This document shows, piece by piece, positions 13,687-24,469 of a DNA stretch of 64,000 nt. The position numbers and the translations under genes were made by a program. Each line of letters begins with the position of its first letter. The stretch's first letter is position 1. Below the pieces are notes generated by a model, which was given only the letters and a program-made list of their open reading frames with translations, ran no database searches and was not told the DNA's origin. The DNA comes from Microbotryum violaceum. Lineage: Eukaryota. The stretch covers positions 1,488,001-1,552,000 of the forward strand of contig CDLV01000012.1 in assembly GCA_001244265.2 (NCBI GenBank), read 5' to 3'.

Positions 13687-16122
13687 ATGGGTCCCGCCGT
13701 CGCGCGCACCTGCACCCTCCCCTCCCATACGCCTCGATCCTCATCGTGCCCGCGCCAGCAGCACTTTCGCTATCATCCGGGTCCTTCTGTTCGTCGTCGT
13801 CGCGCTCGTCGTCGCGTTCGTCGTCGCACTCACCATCGCAGTCGAACGCGCGCCAAGATCGCGGCAAGGCTCAGGCCGACGATGAGATCCCACGCTCGCC
13901 GTCGTCGCCGAGCATGGCGCGCTGTCCGACGACAATAAGCGGCGCCCACTCCTCCCACGGTGACCGTGACGAGCGTGACCACCTTAATCACCTGCCGATG
14001 ATACCTGCGACCGAGAGCAATGCGGCGCGCGAAAGTGTGGTCGAAGCTCTCATTTCGCCTGCGCTGGACCGCGAAGACGACCAACGCTTCCTCGAAGACG
14101 AGATCGTCCCACGTATCGTGATGTGCAACACCTCCGACCTGTTGTACTCGGTTGGTGGCACCGAGCAAGCCCGGTTTAAGGCACGCGTGCAAGAAGTTCA
14201 GAAGCGCCCCAAGCGAGTCCTGAGCAGGTTGAGGGACGATTTCCAAGCGCGACTGCCAACGATCTGCGAGCCAAACAAAGGCAGATTGGGTATGGCCATT
14301 TGCAAAATATGTAAGCATCCTCCAACCAGGGCTATCCAGATTATGCTTGGCAAACGACGATGTTGAATGCTGCGCTCGCTATGCGATTTTCGAACTAGGC
14401 GACTTCCGGTGAAGGACAAGAAAAGAGTTTGGCGATTGCACAAGCGCAGGAACACCCTCGGTTGACCCAAGAAGGTGCACGCCACAAAAAGTCTAAACGC
14501 TCTCAAGCTCACCATTTCCTGACGTGCTGTGAGTAGATGGCCGTGAAGAAGAAAGGGCCTGCCGCACGTGGTATGCTTGTCCCAATTCGTTTCGGCGTGC
14601 CTCCGCAGGGGGGCCATGCCAAGCGAACCGCGTGCGTCTCGTCTCCCCTCGTCGAGCTCGTTCTCGACTTGGTGCAGCATGCACTCAGTCAACCAACCCG
14701 CGTGTATGCGCCGGGCCTGGCCATCACCGATACCGAGGCTTACCTTGTCGTGCTCGACCATGAGGCGTGTCGGATCGCGACCATCGCGGATTGCTGGGGC
14801 GAGCGCTTTGGCGAGTTGGGGGTCGTCCTTTCCATTCTGTTCGGCCTGGATGTCTACTCGGCAGGGTTCAACCCGCTCTTCCGCTTACGCATGCCATTCT
14901 CAAATCGGCATCACCCCAGCGTCATTTTTGGCTTCTTGCCTTCGTCCGCCTGAGTGTGAAGGGGGAGCTCCTCTCGTTGGCCGCACCGTCGAGTTCATCG
15001 ACGAGGAACCCATCGAGCTCGTCCACCCCACATTCACGGACGGCGGGTCCATCTTCAGCCGCAGCACGGTCGTTTTGCAGCTGACCCGACCAAGCTTGAT
15101 CGCGCCGGCGGGCTCGGCATCTTCGCCTTCAAACTCCACACCGTCCTTTGTGCTCAAGATTCAATACAATACGCTCAACTATGTTGGTCACGAGGCGAAC
15201 GTGCTGCAAAAGATTGAGGAGCGTTGCGCATCCATCGCGTCGCAGGAGGAGGCGTCACTGATCTTCAACCACATCGCTCTCCTCGAAAAGTCGAAGTCGT
15301 TCGGCCTCCATTACTCGCAAATACAGGACAAAGACTTGCCAGTGTTTCGAGACGGGCAAGATGCTTATCAGCGAGTGCGACGACGCAAGCTGGACCTCCT
15401 CATTCTGCGCAACCCCACTCCTCTACCTACCCGGGTCCACGGACACCGACATTGTCGCCACCCGCTGAGCGACGCCTTCGATGTCTTGGACCGGCTCTTT
15501 ACGTTGCTGCCAGTTCTTTACGATCTCGGTATCCATCATCGCGACTTGTTGCTCGGCAACATCCTCCACCACCGAGGACACCTTGTTCTGGTCGACTGGG
15601 ACTCGGGCATCGTTGCGCCGCCGGGTGTACGGGTTCGCAACGTTGCCGAGGATTGTGGGTCCGTCAGAGTTACCCTCGACACGGCACCTTCGGACGTGCT
15701 CCTCTGGCTCCTCATGGGCCGAGAAAGGACTCTGGCGTTTCGCAGTCTTCAGGACGACCTCGAATCCGCGGTGTACTGGTTCGTGCAAGTCGTGGGCTCA
15801 TTTGCCGAATTTGAGCCCGCCAAGTTGGGAAGCATGGAAGCCGCTCTATCTAGCGTCGACCTGCGCGCTACCGGGCTGGAAGCAGCTGTTCAATGCACGC
15901 CTGGATCTGTGGGGCAGCGTCCTTGATCGTAGTCCACGACGCCGATATCTTCTGGAAGCTCTGCACAAGCTCAGTCCGCGGGAATGCCGATTGGTCAACA
16001 TGCTCACACTCAAACTGCCCGACTTCCCCCAGAGTCCGGACGGCATTGTGAGGACCAAAGCAATGATGGCGATGATGCAGACCGAGATGAGAGAAATCCT
16101 TGGATATCAGTCTCGCTCGTAG
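13687..16122 (+). pseudogene. Fungal-type protein kinase (FunK1/Pkinase_fungal), frameshifted; 5' boundary uncertain
   Basis: Homologous blocks are split over frames. 'SQPTRVYAPGLAI...LVVLDHEACRIATI...AGFNPLFR' is in 14537..14953; 'FVLKIQY...HEANVL...GIHHRDLLLGNIL...VLVDWD...DDLESAVYW' is in 14568..15926; the C-terminal 'WEAWKPL...LFNARLDLWG' is in 15481..16122. The breaks near 14885 and 15800 lack splice signals. Confidence 0.7.
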
Positions 16123-16558
16123 ATATTTGTTCATTGGTTCTTCATAATTTCTTCCTCTTTTGTTCTATTTGTGAAATAAATCGCAATTGTTGAGAGACCT
16201 TGCGGCCATCAAAAAGCTTCGGTGCCTTGCCTGAAGACACTGTCATTTTTTAACATCTACTTCGAGTTTCCTCGAGCTTCCTCGAGTCCCCTCGCGGCTT
16301 CTCTCCTCCCAGACACGAGCGCGTTCGAGGTTTGGCTTGTGCCCGTCTACTGCTGCGCCTGGCAACCCATTCATCTTCTCGATCGATTGAATTTCAGTCC
16401 CTAGGGGCGTAGGAGAGCTCCGTCGAACAAGCTCAACGCACTCTCCTTCCGGACCGAGCTCACTTCGGAGTCCGCAGCGGGGACGGCGCCGGCCCGGGGT
16501 GCTGCGAGTCGAGCACCGGATCGTCCAGGAAATCAGAGGAGAGCCCGGTTCATAGTCA

Positions 16559-18758
16559 ATGGCGTACCCGCCAGGAAGTTTCAGTTCGCCACTGGATGCG
16601 TTCGACTATCAACGTCGTAAGTCATGCTGGTTGGCGGCCGTCGCACACGCCGAGCTGTTGCCCAAGCTGACGATGGGGTTCCTCTACGTAGTCGCGAGTT
16701 CTGAACGAGGACTCGAATATGGAGGCGCAACATCATCTTCCTCCTCATCCTACCTTCCGAGAGCTCTACGAATACCCATCGTCCGATACCTCCTCGTGGC
16801 CTTGCTCGCACTGGTCGGATTGCACTGGCTCGCGCTGTTCATGTCCCCGAGCTACGCCGCCAGCGCCTCCCTCGAAGCCATCGCATTCAAAAGTGGTCTA
16901 GGATCAGATGGCTCCCCTTCATCATGGCATGACTCTTCGACTACAAATCTAGATGACTTGGCAAGTGTCGGCGGTACCGGACTCGCGCCGTTTGAGTCGC
17001 TTGACCCCGAGCTTAATGCGATCAATGCGACCAACAAAGCTCGCGCGGCGTTCGTTATCCTCGCTCGCAACTCGGATCTATGGAAGATTGTAGGCAGCAT
17101 CCGACAGACTGAAGGTGGGTTCGACGCTCTTTCCTTTTCGAGAGCAATAAAGCCATCCTTCGTTCCTGGCACTAGGCTTGCTGACAGTCGACCATCACTC
17201 TCCCTTCGAGCAGATCGGTTCAACAAAAACTTCCACTATCCCTACGTTTTCCTCAACAATGAGCCCTTCACAGACGAATTCAAGAAATTCACTTCGCTCC
17301 TCGCAAGTGGGACATGTAGCTATGGTCAGGTTCCGAGCGATCAGTGGGCGAATGAGCCGAGTTGGATTGATCAGACGAAAGCGGCCAAGGCGCGTCAGGC
17401 GATGGTTGAGAAGAAGATTCTCTACGGTGGCAGTCAATCATATCGACGGATGTGCAGGTAAGCCATCTTTTCATTTTACTGCACGCCAATTGTCTTGTCC
17501 TCACCTCTCGGTCATCGGTCATTGTCCTGTCGCAGGTATCAAAGTGGGTTCTTCTGGCGGCATCCCCTGTTGGACCAGTACGATTATTATTGGAGGATCG
17601 AGCCGGGCGTCAAGTTCTTGTCAGTCAAGTCTTCAAATCGGATCACGGATATCGCGCCTTGGACATGTGTCTCACGCTTGGGATACGTATCACTTTCGCA
17701 GCTGCGATTTGGCGTACGATCCGTTCGTCTTCATGCGCGACAGCGGCAAGAAGTACGGGTGGGCGATCTCCATCTACGAGTATGCGGAGACAGTACCTTC
17801 GCTTTGGTCAGAAACCCAAGGCAAGCCGCTATCCTGTTCATTGCAAAGAGTTTGGGGCCAGCTGACTCTTCCTATGGGTGGTGTATGGGCAAACATAGAT
17901 TTTATCCACAAAAACCAACACCTGATCGCTCCGAACAACCTCATCAACTGGATCTCCGACGATTTGGGCAAGACGTACAACCTGTGTCATTTCTGGGTAC
18001 GCTGTGGCCGTGCGAGACACTTGTACACAATACTAATGACAGTCAAGACCTCTTTGTGCCCTTTTACAGTCCAACTTCGGTCCGTTTTCACTTCGTGCCA
18101 GCCCACAGCTCCGGGCGAGACGAGAGACTGACCCCTTTTCCCTTGACATCGATCATAGAAGTTGGCGACCTGAACTTCTTCCGAGGCGAGGCCTATCGAG
18201 CCTACTTCGATCATCTGGATCGCTCTGGAGGGTTCTATTACGAGCGGTGAGTGTTGCCTGAATTCAGGAGGTTGGTGGGATCTCACCTAATCGATCATGT
18301 TGCGTGCACAGATGGGGCGACGCACCTGTGCATTCGATCGCCGCGGCGCTGTTCCTGAACCAAACCGAAGTGCACTGGTTCAAAGATATCGGCGTGAGTG
18401 CAAGATGGCGATCGGAATTTGTCAGCGGTTTCTGGTTCCTAAGAAGCCATTCGCTGCATAGTATCGTCACGAACCCTTCCAACATTGCCCTGCCGACCCG
18501 GCGGAGCGCGATCGATGCTCTTGCAATCCGTGAGTTGGCGGTCCTCCCAGAACAAAAGAACGCGAGCTTCCGACTGACGACGACTTGGTTCGCGTCCCGA
18601 TCCAGTGCCAATACATTTGGTCCGTCGTTTGCGCCGCGGCTTATATGCGGCGTCGGGAGAACGCTCTGGCTGATACCCTCGTTGTCAATCTATTCTTTCC
18701 AGAAACGCATTGGTACTCTTGCACTCAGAGAGGGAAAGACAAAGGGTTCTGGACCTGA
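16559..18758 (+). CDS. Alpha-1,2-mannosyltransferase, glycosyltransferase family 15 (KRE2/MNT1/KTR family)
   Basis: Type II TM anchor; 'AAFVILARNSDL', 'DRFNKNFHYPYVFLNNEPFTDEFK', 'YGGSQSYRRMCR|YQSGFFWRHP...YYWRIEP', 'YNLCHFW|SNFE|VGDLNFFR', 'GGFYYER|WGDAPVHSIA'. Last exon 'THWYSCTQR...FWT*'. Confidence 0.93.
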
Positions 18759-19004
18759 CTTGTTCACTCATGCTATTTTATCGTCTCCTCGCATTCATTT
18801 CTCTTCTTCCGCATCGTCGTTATCACTTGTACTCTGTTCAGGCTTGCATCCTGGCTTATGATATTTTCAAATGTATTCTGGCTCGAAAATAAGAACCCAC
18901 GGTCTTCCTCAGATGACGTGTACAAAGGTCTGTATGCTTCTAATAATGCGGTCGAAGAAAGCAGGATTGGGGCTTGAGATGAGATCTCCTAATCAAGAAG
19001 TCAA

Positions 19005-21182
19005 CTATGCGCTCCCTCTCAGGCTCAGGCTCGTCGTCGACGAAATCCATACCAACTGAGCAATCATAATCATCGAGATACCGACGAACCAGTACAACAA
19101 GTTCTCGATGTGCACTCGGCTGCGCTTGTCTAAGGTTTTGACGACCCCATGCTTGGCCCATGCCGGTTGCGCGATCGCGTAGGACTGTTTGCTCCAGGGT
19201 ACCTCCGCACGGTCGTCTTTGAGGATCTGCTCGGTCGTAATCCTTGCACCAGCCAAACAGATCGGAACACCCGTGCCTGGATGCGCCGAGGCTCCAACGA
19301 AGTATGCTCGGTCGACAGAGGGATGGCGCGTCGCAGGACGGAAGCAAAGTACGTTGAAGAAGCTGTGCGACAGACCGAGGATAGAGCCGCGGTGCAGATT
19401 AAATTTGTCGCGCCACGTGACGGGGGTGTTGACGATCTCTGACTTGATGTAGGAACCAAAATCGGGGACGTTGATGCGTTTGGCAATCGTGGAAATGATC
19501 AAAGTGCGCGCCGACTCGACGATCTTGTCCCAGTCGGCAGCAGCAGGCAAGGAGTCGCTGATGTGGCCGACCGGGACGAGAATGATGACCGAGTCGCGGT
19601 CCGAAGGTGCAGCAGAGGGATCGCTTCGACTCGGGACGTTGACGTAGAAAGAAGGGTCACGAGGAATTCGGTGGTCGCGAAAGATGGAATCGAAAGACTC
19701 CTTATATTCGTCGGCGAGAAAGATGTTGTGGCTGCCCAGCTCCGGTACCTTTCGGTCCATCGACCAGTAGAATGAGATTGACGAGCAGCTCACTGGCTTT
19801 TTGGCCAGTCGTTTGGCGTACGAGGTTGGCTCAAAGAGGTTGTTGAGTGCCCAAATGAGATCGGAGTTGATGACGACCACGTCCGCCTTGAGCTCCTCGC
19901 CGGACTCCAGCACGACCCCGGTTGCCTTTTTGGCATTGTGCGGATCGAGCAACACTCTGGAGACGCGAGTCGACAGCCGGAAGACTGCTCCGTTCCGCTC
20001 AGCGATCTTTTGGACTGCTTCGATCACTTTGTGGAAGCCTCCTATCGGATACCAAATGCCCTCTGTCATCTCCGTGTATTGTAACAGCGAGTACGTGCCG
20101 AGCGAATCGTAAGGTGACATGCCCTGGTCAAGCCATCATAAAAGGGCTTCAGCTTGGTGCCAGGGTTTGCATCCTTAGGACCACGCGAGCAACTCACCAT
20201 GTACATGGAGGCGAACGTGAATACACGTCGCAGGCGATCCGTCTTGAAGTAGCGGGAAGCTCTGGAGTACTAGACGAGGAGCCCCATACAGAGCCCAGCA
20301 TCATGGTCAGCACCAGTCGCGGTGACCGCATCGTCACATCAATCCTTCGCTCAACAACTCACTATCGACTCGAAGGGATGGAGAATGAGAAGGTTCTTGA
20401 GGAAAGAAGGACGCAGCATCGATAAGAGTGACGTAAAGTTCTGCAGGGATCGTACGGGCACGAGATCTCAGCATCGGCAACCGGAGCTGAGCGGCCCTGC
20501 CGTGTGGGGGAGATCCGACGATCGAAATGAATGCTGTCGCAACACCCACTTTATGCAGTACGTGCTCAACCGACAGTTCGTAGTGTCGGTGGCCCTCCAA
20601 CATGAATTGGAGAAACCTGTAGTCTCCAGGGAAGGTGACACCATTGTAATCAGCCAAGTGATTTCACTTACGCGTGGTGTCTTCCACGAGCATCTCGCGC
20701 GAGGCTGTCTCCGCATGGATGGGAGCAAGCTCACTGGACGATGCTTGAACGTCAAGTCCGGCTAGGCAACAGATAGATACTTACCCTTGGAACCCCGTTT
20801 CACCTTCGAATCGTTCGATCTCTGTCTTCATCTGCACCAAGTCGGAGCTGAGCATGAAGCTCTCGCCATCGCCAAAGTGGACCTTGTAGTTGGGGTTGCA
20901 TTTGACGAGCTCGATCCCTTCTCGCTCCATCGTCGTGCCGAGGTCGACGAACGTCTCCTCAAACATCTTGGGGAGCAGCAACAGTGATGGGCCCTGGTCG
21001 AACCGATGACCATCGTCGGTGTACATAAGCGAGCATCGTCCCCCCGTGAACGAGTTCTGCTCGAGGCAGGTCACAGCGTAGCCAGCCGAAGCAAGACGAG
21101 CCGCGGTCGCCACACCTCCGACGCCGGCGCCAATCACGAGGGCCGTCCGTTGGTGTGCGGAACTTTCTGCTGCGGCAACCAT
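19005..21182 (-). CDS. CAR1: Phytoene desaturase (CrtI/Al-1/CarB type)
   Basis: FAD-binding 'ALVIGAGVGGVATAARLA', 'GGRCS...HRFDQGPSLLL', 'RRVFTFASMYM|GMSPYD', 'EGIWYPIGGF', 'SCSSISFYW', 'DPSFYVNVPSR', 'GSILGLSH...YFVGASAHPGTGVPICLAG'. The exons join in frame. Confidence 0.96.
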
Positions 21183-21500
21183 CGTGGCTCGTCAAATCAC
21201 TCGGTGGGTGGGGAGCTTTTGGGCAGTAGACGGCAGAAAGATAGAGGCCGAGCCTGAGGACCCGAGCGGGAAAGCTGTATCGCAGCGCTCGATCGCTCAC
21301 CGCATCAACACCGAGCTGGTCTCGACGAGTCGCTGCCGATCATGCCGCGCGTCACCGCGTCACCGCTAAGCGCTAAACGCCGCTAAACTCCCGTTCACGG
21401 AGGTGAGTCGCTATCGGAGCAGCTGCAGTGGCCGCCGCGGCGGAGTGTTGCGCAGCATGATTGGTGTTCGTATATGTATCATAGTTGCAAATTTTAGGTA

Positions 21501-21546
21501 AATATTAAGTTTTAGGCTATGTGAATATTAAGTTTTAGGCTATGTG
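21501..21546. repeat. Perfect 23-bp tandem duplication (AATATTAAGTTTTAGGCTATGTG)x2
   Basis: Read directly; AT-rich; lies in the opsin 3' region and CAR1 upstream region. Confidence 0.9.
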
Positions 21547-21652
21547 CAAGCAATCAGAACTAATCATGTCCAGGAGATGATCACACGCCAGATTCAGAAA
21601 AACAAGGTTGTTGGAATGAGGATGAGAATTTGATTTCCAGCTGGTCTCGACT

Positions 21653-23288
21653 TCAAACGGCGGCCTGGGTGGGCTTGAACCCAGGATGAGCAGTGGACCC
21701 ATTGTGAGCGGCGGCGTTCGGAGACGACCCCTCGACTCGGGTAGCGGTGGAGCTGCGATGCTCGTTGGCGTGCTCGTCATGGTTCAAGTGCTGCGTGTTG
21801 TAGTATCGCTCCTCGGCGGTCGCAGCTTGCGAGTCTAGAGAATGGTGAATTTGCGGGAGAAACGCGTCGTTTAGGGGCAAGACTTGGCTCGCGGTGACCC
21901 GGGCCCAACTCACATTTGCCAGAGACAAAGCCAAGACGGTTGTAGTCGCACGTGGACATCGCGATGCAGTGGTAGAAGCAAAATCCGGGCTGTGGTGGTG
22001 TGAAGGAAGAGCGTTTCAGTGGCTATGACGTTGTAACTTTGGTCGACAAATAGCGCAAACTCACCTTGGCCAACACATCGAGGACACCGTAGAAGACCAT
22101 CTCCGAAGTAGGTGTGATGACGTTGCCACCATCGGCAAGCCCCCATGCAACGGGGTACAAAATCCAGAGTGCGGACAAAATCGAAGCGGACAGTGCGTAC
22201 CTGTGGAAGACAAAGCGCCACAGTTCAGACCTCGAGAGAAAGCGCCGGAAACAATCGGGAGGCACAGTGAAGCTCACATTTTGGGAAAGCCACCGCCGAG
22301 GTTGTTGGCCGACTTGCGAGCGGGGAGCAAAAGCATCCACCAGATGTAAAACTCAGCCACGCAGCCGAACTGTTTCATTCAGGAGAAAAACGGAGGTTTG
22401 ATCAGCGCCGCACTCGTCTCAAAAGAGACTCCAGGTCAATTCCTCGAGACAACTCACAGTCTGTTTGGTCGTAGAGCATGAAGGCAAGGAGTGGGATAAA
22501 GCGGCTTAGTATGCGCCGGTAGTCGTCACTAAGCTTTTACGCAGCCCATACCGTAACTTACGAAAAGACCCCACTTGTACTTGCTCGACACCAAGGCGCC
22601 AAGGAGACCGGTGACAATCATGACCTCATCCAAGAAAATGGTGGTGAAGATTTCCGTGAGGGGAAGACCGGTGGCGAGGAGGAGCTCGAGGAGGAGGAGG
22701 GGAGTCGTAATAGCCCAGTCGACGTAGCGAGCGTACCAAATCGAGCGAGTGGGGCGATCCACGCCGAGGGCGACCCAATTGGCTCCAAGCGACCCGCTTC
22801 GGATAAACTCGACGGCAATGGGGGTCGATCCGAGGTCAGATGCCATGCAGAAGTAGGCGATCGATGCCGTGAAGCAGATCGCGGCAGCTGTGAAAGGGAG
22901 CGGATGATGGCCCGCAGTGCGTCAGTGGAATTGCTCCTGACCGTGCGACGGATATCCGGACTGGACTACTATCCAGCTTAATTTGTACCACACACTCAAC
23001 TTACCCAAGTGGTGGAAGGCACGTTGACCGAGAGGACGCGTGGAGCCGAGGGCCAAAAGTCCAAGACCACTCGCGGCCATGATTGAGAAGATGGCCCAAA
23101 GGAAGTCCGACGCTGAGAGAACATAGACGCAAGGTTTTCGTGAGCTACTGCTATCCCTATCGCTGCGACTGATAGCGACTGTCTCAATAGCAACATCTTG
23201 CTGTGTAGTCTGCAGAAAGCTACTGACCATGGGTCGTGATATCGATGTTGCTGCTCAAAGGATTGAGGGCAAGAGCATTGTTTCCCAT
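21653..23288 (-). CDS. Microbial (type 1) fungal rhodopsin, CarO-like, retinal-binding Lys present; about 8 exons
   Basis: Reconstructed protein: MGNNALALNP..HASDFLWAIFSIM..RAFHHLAAAICFTASIAYFCMASDLG..RSIWYARYVDWAITTPLLLLELLLATG..FLDEVMIVTGLLGAL..KYKWGLF(T)FGC..LWILYPVAWGLADGGNVITPTSEMVFYGVLDVLAKPGF..QAAV*. Bacteriorhodopsin equivalents R82, D85, W86, T89, W182, Y185, P186, D212 and K216 are all recognisable. Confidence 0.93.
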
Positions 23289-23449
23289 CTTGACGAAGCT
23301 TCGGAGGCTTGAAGTGCGAAGGTGTCGAGTAATCTGCTGTGGGTATTGAGAGGTGCTAGCCTGAGTATTGAAGGGCGTTGATATTTTGATGCGTGGGAAC
23401 AGAGGGACGAAAGAGAGAAGAAAAGAGGGCTTGATGAAAACCAATGGAA

Positions 23450-23877
23450 GAGCCCGCCGATCTCCGCTGATCGGGGAGATGAAGGCAACGAAGGCTTCGG
23501 TGACCGGAGATGACGTCGTGAACGAGGGCCGAATCCTCCTGCGAGGCCGAAGCGCACGCCTCGGGCAGGGTTTACCGTTGACGAATCCGGTGACGGATAA
23601 GAAGTGCTAAATTTAGGGCGAACTTACAGCATTCAGTCTCGATCCGTCTCGATCTCCAGATTTGCAGCGTGCAGGGAGGAGCCCGCCGATCTCCGGCTTC
23701 GGTGACCGGAGATGACGTCGTGAACGAGGGCCGAATCCTCCTGCGAGGCCGAAGCGCACGCCTCGGGCAGGGTTTACCGTTGACGAATCCGGTGACGGAT
23801 AAGAAGTGCTAAATTTAGGGCGAACTTACAGCATTCAGTCTCGATCCGTCTCGATCTCCAGATTTGCAGAGTGCAGG
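23450..23877. repeat. Tandem duplication in the opsin upstream region (about 229-bp unit plus a second copy lacking 27 bp)
   Basis: 23493-23667 is identical to 23695-23869 (175 bp). The 16-mer GAGCCCGCCGATCTCC precedes both copies (23450, 23679). Copy 2 lacks the segment equivalent to 23466-23492. Confidence 0.95.
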
Positions 23878-24469
23878 CTGATTGCACGCCCAGCGTCGAC
23901 CGTGAAATTCTTGGGAGCTGCGTCGACCAGATCGGACCGTTCCGATCATCGAGGGCCAAGGCATAAAAATTGACGTCACATTTACATGGCGACCGATTGC
24001 CGTCGAAGCAACCCGAGGATCTGTAGTGCCTGCACATCTTGATCGAACTCGCTGATGTAATTCTAATTTTGTGTGTCAAATTGTTCATCACAAGTTCTGT
24101 GCAGCCGCGGCGTAGACCCGACGAACAATGGTAAGGAGAATCGGGTCGGCTTGCCGCGCTTTAGCCTCTGGCGGTCCCTCGCTCGCGTAGTAACCCTAAG
24201 AGTATCGAGGGCCATCTAACACCAATGTCTGAGAAATCCCCGGTAGGTCATAATATTTTTAATTTTTTGCCGGATTCCGCGGAAAGTGTTACCGGAATCC
24301 GGATTCGCGAAGTAGATTATTGAGCTTCTTCAGGTTGGCACGGCGAGAGGAAGAGTCTCCCAAGGGCTATGGGTTTTTTGCGCTCCCCCATCTTCTCTAA
24401 GTGGTCCTCTCTACTGTTCTCACATTCAATCGCCTTATCGCAGTTGCAAATGCGACTAGCGACGCACCC

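Noticed and set aside
24270-24302. 10-bp inverted repeat (CCGGATTCCG/CGGAATCCGG) downstream of CAR2
   Set aside because: Short, with no TSD or partner terminus. Bacterial-type terminator logic does not apply here.
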